Below are positions 19,659-29,122 of a stretch of DNA of 64,000 bases, piece after piece. Source of the stretch: a virus; the IMG/VR virus record IMGVR_UViG_3300031413_000003, positions 53,816 to 117,815 of that record; one strand, written 5' to 3'. The notes beneath the pieces are model-generated. The model was not told where the DNA came from and made no database searches. It saw only the letters and a list, made by a program, of their open reading frames with translations. A program made the position numbers and the translations under genes. Every line of letters begins with the position of its first letter. The first letter of the stretch is position 1.

Positions 19659-20372
19659 TTAAACCGTTTCGCCTAACGGGCAAAGATGTTGCAACAGTGT
19701 TGCCAACGCGCCATCGAAATCTTTGGCGCTGTGCAGACGGGTGATTGGTGCATCGTTTTCCAATGTTTTATAATCTTCCGCAAAGTCGATGTTGAAACCT
19801 TCGGCTTGATTATAGAAAATCTGGAAACAGCCGTTGTCAGTATGACCTTTCAGATAAGCCGTACCGAAAACGTAGAACAGATGGAAAGAGATATCGCGAG
19901 TAACGCGTTTCTCAGGTGTGTCGTGAATCAGCACGCCGTTGACATTGCCTTTGCGATAGCACTGCGGGTCAAAGATGTGATCAGGGTTGGTAATATAACG
20001 CAACTCACGTTCCAGTGCACAGACTGTATCGATGTAACTGGATTTATCGCCATCCGCTGTTTTCAGCGTGACACCCAACGGGTTAATCTTTTTACCCGGC
20101 GTGTCATGTGGCAGTTCATCAGCAGGTAAGGGTTCGAGTTTATTAATCTCAACCGCAGCACCTTCGAGTTGCTCAGTGAGCGCTTCTGCTGTACTACCTA
20201 CCATGTATAAACGAGAAGGACAACATGGTTTCATGGGTTCACCACCCAATGGAGATGTCAGTATTTCATCTAGAGGATGGGATTGCCTGACAATCGGTAA
20301 AACAGAAACCGCATTGGTTTCGTCAGCTTTCGTCAATTTGAAACGATTTACATCTGCATCTTTGTTAGCCAT
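19659..20372 (-). CDS. Hypothetical protein
   Basis: 237 aa, GGGAG RBS, terminator hairpin at ~19609-19637. Confidence 0.75.
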   Translation of the reverse strand: MANKDADVNRFKLTKADETNAVSVLPIVRQSHPLDEILTSPLGGEPMKPCCPSRLYMVGSTAEALTEQLEGAAVEINKLEPLPADELPHDTPGKKINPLGVTLKTADGDKSSYIDTVCALERELRYITNPDHIFDPQCYRKGNVNGVLIHDTPEKRVTRDISFHLFYVFGTAYLKGHTDNGCFQIFYNQAEGFNIDFAEDYKTLENDAPITRLHSAKDFDGALATLLQHLCPLGETV

Positions 20373-20390
20373 CTTACTTCTCCCGAATTC

Positions 20391-20735
20391 TTAATGTGTA
20401 ATGTACTGCTCCAACTCTTTCTTAGAGATGAACCCAGTGACTTCCAATGCTTTCAAATCAGCCAAACGCACAACGATTGACATTGGCCAATTAAAATCAG
20501 TACCCGCTTTTTCACGCAGGTATTCGACCAGGTATTCGACGTAATCTTTAGCACACAAAAACTGATTACGCAGTTTGGTTCCGTCTCCAACGAGTCGCCT
20601 AACTTCTTCAGCGCGATCAGCCGTTGGCGGCTTAATCTGTTCTGGAGAAATATAAAAATGATCTTCCTCGACGAGAGGAGAGGATGCACTTAAAGCATTC
20701 AAGTCAAGACCGGACAAATATGACATTAAAACCAC
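20391..20735 (-). CDS. Hypothetical protein
   Basis: 114 aa; start may be MSYL at 20726. Confidence 0.7.
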   Translation of the reverse strand: MVLMSYLSGLDLNALSASSPLVEEDHFYISPEQIKPPTADRAEEVRRLVGDGTKLRNQFLCAKDYVEYLVEYLREKAGTDFNWPMSIVVRLADLKALEVTGFISKKELEQYITH

Positions 20736-20855
20736 CTACTTGTTTAAGACAGCCTGAACACCACGGCTATCTTTGCAATGCTTAGCAAAACTTTTAACAC
20801 CAGCAATAATACAAACAACAGCAATAGGCGCTAAGAAAGCAATAACGATAGCCAT
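20736..20855 (-). CDS. Small membrane peptide (39 aa)
   Basis: Own translation MAIVIAFLAPIAVVCIIAGVKSFAKHCKDSRGVQAVLNK*, AGGAG RBS, fills the intergenic gap exactly. Confidence 0.65.
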   Translation of the reverse strand: MAIVIAFLAPIAVVCIIAGVKSFAKHCKDSRGVQAVLNK

Positions 20856-20893
20856 GGTAATTCTCCTGAATAAGTAATTAAAAAGTTTTTATA

Positions 20894-21247
20894 CTAACGA
20901 GATTGTGATAACAACTGTTCCATCGTTTCCCGCTTAAGGACCTTCTGGACTTTTGGATCATAAATAGCACGATCGATTTCCATCTTGACGAGTTCTATCC
21001 CGCCTTTGTATGAAATGCTCATGCTGAAATCCATGCCGATCGCTTTCATGGTCTGAGTCAGACGCTGAAGAGTAATCGATTTCAACTTCATGTTTTTGAT
21101 GCCCAGCAGAGTGTTGTAAGCAACACCTGAATCGATGGCCAGAGACTTTACTGTGTCGTGCTGTGCATGACGCTCAATAAATGAACTGGTTTGGGCATAA
21201 GCAAACACACGTACTTTCTCTAACATACCTTCGCGAACGATACTCAT
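20894..21247 (-). CDS. XRE/Cro-like helix-turn-helix protein
   Basis: TVKSLAIDSGVAYNTLLGIKNMKLKSITLQRLTQTMKAIG fits the HTH_XRE pattern. Confidence 0.65.
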   Translation of the reverse strand: MSIVREGMLEKVRVFAYAQTSSFIERHAQHDTVKSLAIDSGVAYNTLLGIKNMKLKSITLQRLTQTMKAIGMDFSMSISYKGGIELVKMEIDRAIYDPKVQKVLKRETMEQLLSQSR

Positions 21248-21249
21248 AA

Positions 21250-21567
21250 CTAGTGCTCCTGATTGAGGTAATACAGATTGTAACTAAAGTTGTCGCTCCA
21301 CACAGCGGCGAAGCGATATGTTGAACCATCGGACATCAACGCGATTCCACGATAAACATCATCGCTGGTTTTAACCACGTCAATGACTTTAACACAGTGA
21401 GTCGTTCGATTATTCTCAGACTCAATGTTATCAATACTGCGACAATACGCCTTCTTGTGAGCAGGGATATTGATTGATTCACTTGCAATAACCCACTGAC
21501 CGACACCGCCTAATGCAAGCACGGCGCCGATCGCGAGTAGCACTTTTTTAAATCTTTGCACAACCAC
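21250..21567 (-). CDS. Secreted or membrane-anchored protein
   Basis: N-terminal signal/TM segment and a Cys pair. Confidence 0.65.
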   Translation of the reverse strand: MVVQRFKKVLLAIGAVLALGGVGQWVIASESINIPAHKKAYCRSIDNIESENNRTTHCVKVIDVVKTSDDVYRGIALMSDGSTYRFAAVWSDNFSYNLYYLNQEH

Positions 21568-21570
21568 TCC

Positions 21571-21666
21571 TTAAATCATATAAACCCAAATCACAGAAAT
21601 AATAAAGGCAACAATCAAAATCCATTCTGCGGTATCTGGTTTAAAATCATTTCGTGGAACTACCAT
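21571..21666 (-). CDS. Small membrane peptide (31 aa)
   Basis: Own translation MVVPRNDFKPDTAEWILIVAFIISVIWVYMI*, AGGGG RBS. Confidence 0.55.
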   Translation of the reverse strand: MVVPRNDFKPDTAEWILIVAFIISVIWVYMI

Positions 21667-21776
21667 GGTAAAGCCCCTAGTGTAATAAGTTTAAATGCTG
21701 AATTATAAATCTTCTTGTGACAGCGTTGTCTTCACTGGCTATAGAAATCTTCAACAGTGCTGTCAGAAACTGATTC

Positions 21777-22184
21777 TTAAAGATCAGCTACTTCAGCAAC
21801 TAACGCGTTGAATTCTTTTTCTACAGCAGTGTTAGTGTTGTACACACCGGTAACAGCCCACAGCCATTCGATACCACGAGCGGTAATGAACGCGCGGTAT
21901 TCTGCCCACAGGCTTTTCATGTCGTTGGCTTTTGCTTTTACAACTGACATGTTGTTTTTGATCCAGGTATAAACACTAGCATAACGGTCAAAGCTAGATT
22001 CGGTGTTGTTGATGATATCGATAGCGCGGTCAACGTCTGATTCAAAGACGGTGATTTCGTTGGCTTTCGGGTTAGAGAAAATAAAGCGACGTTCAGCGAT
22101 ACGGATGATAGTTGCTTTAGGTGCAGTGATGTTCATGCGAACTAATTCAATGAACTCTTTAGATAATACCCAAGTCAGTTTCAT
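21777..22184 (-). CDS. Hypothetical early protein
   Basis: 135 aa, first gene after early promoter, high-expression codons. Confidence 0.8.
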   Translation of the reverse strand: MKLTWVLSKEFIELVRMNITAPKATIIRIAERRFIFSNPKANEITVFESDVDRAIDIINNTESSFDRYASVYTWIKNNMSVVKAKANDMKSLWAEYRAFITARGIEWLWAVTGVYNTNTAVEKEFNALVAEVADL

Positions 22185-22230
22185 ATTAAATACCTTATAT
22201 AAGTTAGTAGAAAAACATTATTGTTTTCTA

Positions 22231-22257
22231 TTCACCCAGGTTATATAGGTCTGAAAC
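22231..22257 (-). promoter_or_regulatory. Early (virion RNAP) promoter
   Basis: Minus strand TTTCAGACCTATATAACCTGGGTGAA. Confidence 0.65.
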
Positions 22258-22366
22258 CAACTGTATTCTAATATTTGACGTATATAGAGGGAATGGTATG
22301 AGGGGCATTATTTCATTGTATTTACTTAACCCCTTAGCCCCTCATTACCCCATGAGAGGAATTACC

Positions 22367-24721
22367 ATGCCTGTTATCAATCCCAGCGTTATCGGTTCCT
22401 GGTCTGAATTAGCGAAAGTTAAACCTTCAGGTGCAGGAGACATCATCGAACTTCAGTCGTATTACGCAGGTAATATGTACGGTGGTGGTTCATTTGTAGC
22501 GCGGGTAGGCAGCCCAGTAGATGACGGCGGAACCATCTGTCGTGTCACTGACGCTAACTTCTATTGGGAGCGTATTATCCATGATGCCAACAAACTCGAT
22601 GTCACACACTTCGGTGCAGTGCGCGATGGCAAAACGGATAGTGCAACGGCATGTTTAAGGATGATTGCCTGGTGCGATAAGAAAGGCGCACCGTTCAGCA
22701 ACATCGGGTGTCAATTCCCGGCCGGTAACTTTTCTATCGGTAATATTGATTTGAGTGCCAAGGAACGCGGAATGTTCCGGTTTGTAGGCGCCCCGGTAGT
22801 GTTTGGGTATTTCGGCACTACGCGCCTCTACTTAGACGGCACAAAAGTCGTTGATGAAAAGACGGGTGAAATGGTCCCCGCCTTGCTGGTTAATGCGCGT
22901 AAGACAGAGATTGCGCATTTCATCATTGACGGCCGTAACGACAAAACCCCTAATAAACGTGGCTTCTTCAAGAACGTTACCCAGGGCGGCGAATACATCC
23001 ATGCGTCTTATTGGCGTGCGGATTGCGTCGGTGGTATTCTGTTTGATGTTTTAGATACACTGGATACGCGGTTCGAAGAGTGGTACGCCTCTAAGTGTGC
23101 AGACACCCTGATTCGTAACCGTTGGTCAAATGCGACCTGGGGTTCATGGTACCACACTACTGCTGTGGAACTGTCTAACTTCAACATCCAGGGACAGACC
23201 GGTCCTAACCCGGCTATCGACATGCCTAAGTGTACCCAGTCGTTTATTAAGAACGGTTGGATTGAACACTGTAATAACCCAGGTGCGTTGATTGACGGAC
23301 AGTGGCTGATCGATGGTTTAAGTATTGAAGGTTGTACACTGCCGTTTGACCTCACGCATAACCGCACCATCATGCGTGGTATTAACTTGCAGTCAGGTTC
23401 CTGGATTCAGTACAGTAACCCAGACGTAGGTGACTCGCAGCCATATGAGCGTGGTCGCTTGCAGCAGGAAAACTACGGTACGCGTCAGTACGGTAGCATG
23501 GCGTATAACTACTTGCATTCCAACATTCGCTTCAAGAACGACACGGATCAGCCAGTGTGGATCTGTGTGGGTAACTGGCAGTGCGTTGACCCTAACGACA
23601 TGACCAAGTTCCGTGTAATGGGTGCAGGTGGTACAGTAGGTGGTGAGGGTGCACTCTCTCCTTACGGTTCTGATAACTTCGGTGGTGGCGAACTCGAAAT
23701 GAGTCTGCGTCGCAATCCGGTTAAAGATCGTCGTCAAGAAGGTGCGGTTACAGTACGCGGTAAGTCACCTGTTCTGGATATCGCGGTTACGCGTGCCTGG
23801 GACAATGACATCACCGTTTACATTCAACTGCCGGCGAATTGCGGTTGGGTGAACTGTTACCTGGAAACCAGCGGTCACTCTCGCTTCACCAACGGCACGC
23901 CGTTCCACTGGACTTATAAAGGCGACATCGTTTCTGATGCTGACTTTAAGAAACTGGGAACAGCGCGTCCGCGCAATGCAACAGCGCTGGGAACCTTGAC
24001 TCACGGCCTCGCTATTATGGAAGATGGCGTACTGAACCTGCAAACTCGCGAACTCACCAGTGACGGTAAATTAGTGCTGAATCTCAACGGCACCTACTAC
24101 ACTGTTCCTGTTGAGAAAGCAGCCTACTACAGCGATTGCTTCATGCGTAACGCACCTCTGTCTGGTCGTGTGCTTGACAATGGCTTAGGTGGGATGTTCG
24201 AAACCAAATGGGGTAACTGGGGTGTCAACGGCGGAGCAAACACCAACAACGGTGTGCTGAGCCTGATCCAGAAATCCAAATGTGCGGCTGGTATGGACAC
24301 GACGTTAACAGATCTGGAAGTGCAGTTCAAACTGCTGACCGGGCCGGCTAACGTAACAGATGTGTTGTCCACCTCGTTTGAATTCCGTCGCAGTAACTGG
24401 AATGCAGATACCGCTGCCTATGTGTTAAGCTTCCTCGGCAAAGACAGTGATGGCTTCAACAAGCTGGCGCTGTTCCGTCGTGATGTGAATGCAGACAAAA
24501 CCTTTACCCTGACCAAGCTGAACACCAACGACATGCGTTGTTCAGACAATCAGGTTCTGAAGGTGAATGTCAAAGGTGGCGTGATTCGTCTGTTTGCCGA
24601 TACCGCTCTGTTAACCAGCGTAGAAGATACCATCATTAACAAAGGCACGTATGTGGCGTTTGGTATGTGGGATAACAACCGCGGCATGACAGTAACGGAC
24701 TTCAAAGTCAGTCAGGCGTAA
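22367..24721 (+). CDS. AmsF/WceF-like exopolysaccharide-modifying tailspike-fold protein (putative EPS depolymerase)
   Basis: GGGSF...DDGG...YWER...VTHFGAVRDGKTD pectate-lyase-3-like start, DTLDT, WYH.TAVELSNFNIQ, CTQSFIKNGWIEH; resembles Erwinia AmsF/Pantoea WceF. Start at MPVIN after GAGGA. Confidence 0.75.
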   Translation: MPVINPSVIGSWSELAKVKPSGAGDIIELQSYYAGNMYGGGSFVARVGSPVDDGGTICRVTDANFYWERIIHDANKLDVTHFGAVRDGKTDSATACLRMIAWCDKKGAPFSNIGCQFPAGNFSIGNIDLSAKERGMFRFVGAPVVFGYFGTTRLYLDGTKVVDEKTGEMVPALLVNARKTEIAHFIIDGRNDKTPNKRGFFKNVTQGGEYIHASYWRADCVGGILFDVLDTLDTRFEEWYASKCADTLIRNRWSNATWGSWYHTTAVELSNFNIQGQTGPNPAIDMPKCTQSFIKNGWIEHCNNPGALIDGQWLIDGLSIEGCTLPFDLTHNRTIMRGINLQSGSWIQYSNPDVGDSQPYERGRLQQENYGTRQYGSMAYNYLHSNIRFKNDTDQPVWICVGNWQCVDPNDMTKFRVMGAGGTVGGEGALSPYGSDNFGGGELEMSLRRNPVKDRRQEGAVTVRGKSPVLDIAVTRAWDNDITVYIQLPANCGWVNCYLETSGHSRFTNGTPFHWTYKGDIVSDADFKKLGTARPRNATALGTLTHGLAIMEDGVLNLQTRELTSDGKLVLNLNGTYYTVPVEKAAYYSDCFMRNAPLSGRVLDNGLGGMFETKWGNWGVNGGANTNNGVLSLIQKSKCAAGMDTTLTDLEVQFKLLTGPANVTDVLSTSFEFRRSNWNADTAAYVLSFLGKDSDGFNKLALFRRDVNADKTFTLTKLNTNDMRCSDNQVLKVNVKGGVIRLFADTALLTSVEDTIINKGTYVAFGMWDNNRGMTVTDFKVSQA

Positions 24722-24736
24722 AAAAATAAGTGGTAT

Positions 24737-24768
24737 TAATACTCCTACCCGCAAGGGTAGGAGTATTA
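24737..24768. terminator. Bidirectional terminator, GCAA-loop family
   Basis: Identical to 9449-9480. Confidence 0.85.
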
Positions 24769-24769
24769 T

Positions 24770-25306
24770 TTATGCTTGCTTTGTTACTTTAGCAGTAATA
24801 TAAAAGCCGATTTTGATATCTTTTAAATCACATGCCCGAACAATAAACCCACAAGGTGTTTTAAAAGTTTCTCGCAGTTCGATTGCTCGTCCCGTGTTAA
24901 GCGGGCCTTGACTGACCTTTAAGCGGTTGGTTTTAGGATCGAAGTTAACGGCATGATGGAACTGTCCAATCCCCTCACCCCCGATCATTAGCTCGCTGTC
25001 ACTGATCTCACCAAAGATGCAAATAGGCAAGTCATGGTGAGTGGCGGTGAACTCAAAGTTACCGACAACCAACGAGTCAGGATCTATCTGATCTTCCGCA
25101 CTAAACGGGATTTGTCCCGGCACTTCACAGAACGCCAAGAAGTTATCCAGAATGATCGGGAAGTTCAAGGCACCGATAGTGTGACGCGGGCGCTTATAAG
25201 GATCGTCCTCACCTGGACTCCATGACATTTCAACAGTACCTTTTACAAACAGGCGTTGAGTGTCCGGTCTAATCACTGGCGAGATTCGTGTACTGCGTGT
25301 TTTCAT
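24770..25306 (-). CDS. Hypothetical protein
   Basis: 178 aa, AAGGG RBS. Confidence 0.7.
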   Translation of the reverse strand: MKTRSTRISPVIRPDTQRLFVKGTVEMSWSPGEDDPYKRPRHTIGALNFPIILDNFLAFCEVPGQIPFSAEDQIDPDSLVVGNFEFTATHHDLPICIFGEISDSELMIGGEGIGQFHHAVNFDPKTNRLKVSQGPLNTGRAIELRETFKTPCGFIVRACDLKDIKIGFYITAKVTKQA

Positions 25307-25315
25307 TTATTACCC

Positions 25316-25957
25316 TTATAGGTAGCGACCATGTTCCATCCATTCATGATAAGCTGGATTCCCTTCCAGAGCCTCCAGGAACGGTTTAGGGATGAGCTTA
25401 ACACAAGCCTGAAAACCCTTTGTGTCAGAAGTACAGAGGTCGTAGAGAGTATCTGGGTGCTTAATATGCCATACCTTATCGATATGGCTGTTTTGATAGT
25501 GATCGACCACAGCAAAGAACGTCGTTTTGTCAGTAACGATCATGTACTCGCCTTCACCATCCTGCCCATAGAACAACCCCGGGACTGTTTTGATTTCGTG
25601 AACGTCAACGTAATCCCAACGGAAGTTACTGTCAAACTCCAGCGCCTTCCAAAGTTTCCGTGAATCGATTTCGAACACCCCTAACAGTTGAGCCGCCTGA
25701 TCACGAATAGAGAACTGGAGCCCGTTTTCTTTCACTACTAAATCCACCGTTTGGCCGGGCGCAATGCGCTGGGTCCATTCCCGTGGAAGCAGCAATGGAA
25801 TCGACTCCAGGATCTTACAGACTTCCAAGCTGGCTGCGATTGCAAAAGGTCCTTCATCGGTTAAGTGGGTGGGGTTGATGTTTTCCAACATCACCGACAC
25901 GCCGTTTTTACCTTCGATCTTAACCTCTAACTTTTTAGTGACTTTAACCGTACCCAT
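25316..25957 (-). CDS. Hypothetical protein, tandem paralog of 25963
   Basis: Shared N-terminal LE...ES..L.LP.EW.Q motif. Confidence 0.75.
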   Translation of the reverse strand: MGTVKVTKKLEVKIEGKNGVSVMLENINPTHLTDEGPFAIAASLEVCKILESIPLLLPREWTQRIAPGQTVDLVVKENGLQFSIRDQAAQLLGVFEIDSRKLWKALEFDSNFRWDYVDVHEIKTVPGLFYGQDGEGEYMIVTDKTTFFAVVDHYQNSHIDKVWHIKHPDTLYDLCTSDTKGFQACVKLIPKPFLEALEGNPAYHEWMEHGRYL

Positions 25958-25962
25958 AATTA

Positions 25963-26547
25963 TTATTCTTCCTCTTCTTCGTAAACCCCACGGATCATTA
26001 ACGGTAAATTAGAAATAACTTTCCGCCAGTTCTCTTCCGTACTAGTTACAGCATCGGTGATAGTGAAGGGTTCTTTGTTAATGAACACGCTTTCAATGCC
26101 GTTGTCACCTACCAGAATGATGTACTCTTTTCGGTCAGTGATTAAAACCGTGCCCGCAATGTTGATGTCTTTGATAAAGCTACCTGACACAACTCCCTCA
26201 GCTAAAGGGCCCTCATTAGTGAATTCGTCGGTGTGGTAGAAACTTTTGATTTCGTCAGAAGACGTTTCAAATTCCACAGAACCTTGTTTGTTCTTTATAA
26301 CAAAGAAGATGTGACCAAACACATTGCGACGAATGAAACAACCAGTGCACCAAGGCATGTGCTGGTACCATTCAATCGGTAGGGGGAGAGTTGCTGACTC
26401 TTCGAACTCCGCTTGTTCCAGCAACAGAATTAAACGGAACACAGACATAGAGGAGTCGTTAATCTCTATGTTGCGCAGATAAAAGAAATCCAGGTTTTCA
26501 TTTTGAATTTCAATATCAATCGTGCTTTTTACTGTTTTGATCGGCAT
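25963..26547 (-). CDS. Hypothetical protein, tandem paralog of 25316
   Basis: LEQAEFEESATLPLPIEWYQ vs LEVCKILESIPLLLPREWTQ. Confidence 0.75.
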   Translation of the reverse strand: MPIKTVKSTIDIEIQNENLDFFYLRNIEINDSSMSVFRLILLLEQAEFEESATLPLPIEWYQHMPWCTGCFIRRNVFGHIFFVIKNKQGSVEFETSSDEIKSFYHTDEFTNEGPLAEGVVSGSFIKDINIAGTVLITDRKEYIILVGDNGIESVFINKEPFTITDAVTSTEENWRKVISNLPLMIRGVYEEEEE

Positions 26548-26639
26548 TTGTATTTGTCCCTTTACCTAGGTTGATAAGTGTTATAATCTTTCTAATGCGG
26601 TATTCAAAAGACCTGATCGATGATATTACATCCATCCCC

Positions 26640-26993
26640 TTAGCTGATTGGTTTCACTCTTTCTTTATGTAAAAGCTCGAGTTCATCCTCAGTGATAACG
26701 CGGACCTTGACTAGCGTTCTTCCCTGGAGAATAGCGCTGCAAAGACGATGATAACCATCGAGTACAACCCAACGGCGTGGAATGGTCTGTTCTGTAACAA
26801 TCAACGGGTACACAGTTTTAGCACGACCAATGCGCCCCGCGTCTAATTCAGACATGCCCCCGATAATCCAATCCAGCTGTGCTATCTTCATTTCACGCAT
26901 GGGTTTGTTTTCTGTGGCGTCCAGTAAATCATCTACAAAGAAATCACGTCCTTCATGATGAACATAACTGTTTGCGCCTTCACGGTACTTCAT
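26640..26993 (-). CDS. ParB/sulfiredoxin N-terminal-like domain protein
   Basis: YPLIV...WVVLDGYHRL..A...G...VKVRVI; start at MKYREG (ATGA overlap). Confidence 0.75.
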   Translation of the reverse strand: MKYREGANSYVHHEGRDFFVDDLLDATENKPMREMKIAQLDWIIGGMSELDAGRIGRAKTVYPLIVTEQTIPRRWVVLDGYHRLCSAILQGRTLVKVRVITEDELELLHKERVKPIS

Positions 26994-27268
26994 CTTCTCT
27001 TCTTGCACGGTCTTCCCCTGCGGCGTGATGAACACACTGCGTGTTTAGGTGGGATATTTTTAGGTTGGTAACCCCAATGATTGTAGTAATAAGTATCTCG
27101 CTGTTTAATGCAGATAGTGCGATATACATTATAGGTTTCCTTTAAATGGGAGCCGATAACCCTCCCCATGTCTGGAAATCCTACAAACACGACCTCGATA
27201 GCAGCTTGCACATCTGGATCGAGTTCTTCATCAAGACAAACTACTTCATCATCCATAGCAACTCTCAA
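26990..27268 (-). CDS. Hypothetical protein
   Basis: 92 aa, overlaps both neighbours. Confidence 0.55.
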   Translation of the reverse strand: MRVAMDDEVVCLDEELDPDVQAAIEVVFVGFPDMGRVIGSHLKETYNVYRTICIKQRDTYYYNHWGYQPKNIPPKHAVCSSRRRGRPCKKRR

Positions 27269-27849
27269 TAATAATGTGTGAAAGGAAGCGCGCCTGCGTT
27301 AATATGTCTGTGTTTGACAAACAGTGGAGTCGACACATACTTAGCACTTTTACGCCGATGCCAACGCTTTAAACGCTTACGCACACTAGCGCTCTTCACG
27401 ACGTGCTGAACGACACAAACTGCATCAGGGACAATCTCTGTAGCCTCAATACCCCAACGCGCTAAGAACGCTTTGTAGAAGCCCTGGAAGTCATACCCCT
27501 GAGGAACGTACCCGTTACCACCGTAATCACCGATTTCCATTTCATCCAGGTTGTATCCGAGTTCATGTAACTTCCACACTGTCACCACTGAAGTCTGATA
27601 ACCCTGTGGATACAGCGTGTCATAGGCGATCCCGTCAACCTCTAGCCACGCATGTAAACAGTGTGAGTACAGGCGGGGTTTAAGTTGATAAACCTGCTTC
27701 AGTACTTGACCGGCTAAATGCGCTACAACATAGCACTGTCCGGTGTTAAGTATCTTAACGGTTTTACAAAGATCAGGGATGTCGAAATAACGTTGGTAGA
27801 ACAACACGATATCGTTCATCACCAACTCAACGATTTTCTTCTTGTTCAC
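27265..27849 (-). CDS. Papain/transglutaminase-like Cys-His-Asp protein, paralog of 63284
   Basis: NTGQCYVVA...HAWLEVDGIAYD. Confidence 0.55.
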   Translation of the reverse strand: MNKKKIVELVMNDIVLFYQRYFDIPDLCKTVKILNTGQCYVVAHLAGQVLKQVYQLKPRLYSHCLHAWLEVDGIAYDTLYPQGYQTSVVTVWKLHELGYNLDEMEIGDYGGNGYVPQGYDFQGFYKAFLARWGIEATEIVPDAVCVVQHVVKSASVRKRLKRWHRRKSAKYVSTPLFVKHRHINAGALPFTHYY

Positions 27850-28299
27850 TCAGTAACCTCGCCGGGAGTTATTGGTTTTGCGGAAGTGAGTATCGTTAAC
27901 TTGCACACCGCCTTTACGATGAGCGGCGAACTTCCGGTTCTTCACTTTACGCGGCCTACCCTTGGGATAATAAGCGACCAGACTTCCACAAGCACCATAT
28001 ACCCATTTACTGTCAATCTCCGGGTGGAACCTGTCAAAGTCCGCTTTCGCCTGCAACATGAATTCAATTTCCAGCGCACGATTGTAGTCCCATGAAACAC
28101 GATCGATCTCACCAGTGACATTAACCTCACCGATTTTAACCACTTCAAATTTGGCGATGTTATTTTTGAATTCAGCCGTGATAATAGAACCGGTATCCCG
28201 GACTTCTTTTTTCAGGAACTCAGCGAACTGATCTTTTTGATAACCGTGCCGGGCCATAAGGCCCAGCAAAGCTCCCATCACTTGATCTTCCATAGTCAC
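27850..28299 (-). CDS. Hypothetical protein
   Basis: 149 aa, in operon. Confidence 0.7.
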   Translation of the reverse strand: MTMEDQVMGALLGLMARHGYQKDQFAEFLKKEVRDTGSIITAEFKNNIAKFEVVKIGEVNVTGEIDRVSWDYNRALEIEFMLQAKADFDRFHPEIDSKWVYGACGSLVAYYPKGRPRKVKNRKFAAHRKGGVQVNDTHFRKTNNSRRGY

Positions 28300-28301
28300 C
28301 T

Positions 28302-28982
28302 TTAAGAACAGTAAAGTTTATAAACTTGTTCGATCGCTTGAGTTAACCGGATGCGGTCATCAACAGTGCGACAGATTTCGTGAATCAGGTTCTGGTTAAT
28401 CTGCCAGCCAATACCTGGGTAAGATTTCCACATGTAGCCGTCAGTGCCACATTTCTCCTGCATGTGTTCAAACACTTCCTGTAACATCTGTTCAACATCC
28501 GGTGTCTTGCCTTCAGCTTGACGGAACACAATACAGCGACGAATCATTTCGTTGAGGTTAGGCTCACCGCGATCGGCCAGTGCGACGTAATCACTCTGGT
28601 AGGAGGTGCGAGGTTTATCCCAGCTCGCTCGGTGTTCCAAGCAGGTATTTGCGATTACTAATGCATCTACCTCGTCAAACATATCCGTGGCAAATTCGTT
28701 CAGCATCTTAAATGCCAGACCGAAAGAAATCACGTGGTGGTGTTCGCGGTTATAACGACACCCCAGGTCATGCATCAAACAACCTGCCAAAATAATGGAA
28801 CGGTCATGGGAGCTGACGTTACCCTGAGTCAACTGCAGACCGTAACGACAAACGTTGAAAACGTGATCCACATTATGCGCGGGATCATTATGGAGAATAC
28901 TTTCGTAACACGCCTTGATCAGTGCCTTCGGCAACAGTTTTTCCAACGCGGTGTAATACATTTCCAATGAAATATTTTTCAT
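28302..28982 (-). CDS. HD-domain metal-dependent phosphohydrolase
   Basis: H(NVD)H...CLMHDLG...HH...EHRAS...VALAD. Confidence 0.85.
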   Translation of the reverse strand: MKNISLEMYYTALEKLLPKALIKACYESILHNDPAHNVDHVFNVCRYGLQLTQGNVSSHDRSIILAGCLMHDLGCRYNREHHHVISFGLAFKMLNEFATDMFDEVDALVIANTCLEHRASWDKPRTSYQSDYVALADRGEPNLNEMIRRCIVFRQAEGKTPDVEQMLQEVFEHMQEKCGTDGYMWKSYPGIGWQINQNLIHEICRTVDDRIRLTQAIEQVYKLYCS

Positions 28983-29007
28983 ACTACTTTCCTTTATGAG
29001 GTTGGTT

Positions 29008-29036
29008 ACTGCCTAGATAATATAGAGTTAAAAAAT
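29008..29036 (-). promoter_or_regulatory. Early (virion RNAP) promoter
   Basis: Minus strand TTTTTTAACTCTATATTATCTAGGCAGT. Confidence 0.65.
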
Positions 29037-29079
29037 AATCGACTAGAAGATAAGGTGTTCAGTTAAAAGACATGGATAA

Positions 29080-29109
29080 CTAACTACCTGCCGCAAGGCA
29101 GGTAGTTAG
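29080..29109 (-). terminator. Terminator, GCAA-loop family variant
   Basis: CTAACTACCTGCC-GCAA-GGCAGGTAGTTAG at the end of the tail fibre operon. Confidence 0.8.
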
Positions 29110-29122
29110 AGGTTATAAAAGC

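Noticed and set aside
4129-24768. Identical palindromic repeats considered as CRISPR repeats or REP/MITE elements
   Set aside because: Copies are kilobases apart with no spacer periodicity, cas or transposase; positions fit terminators
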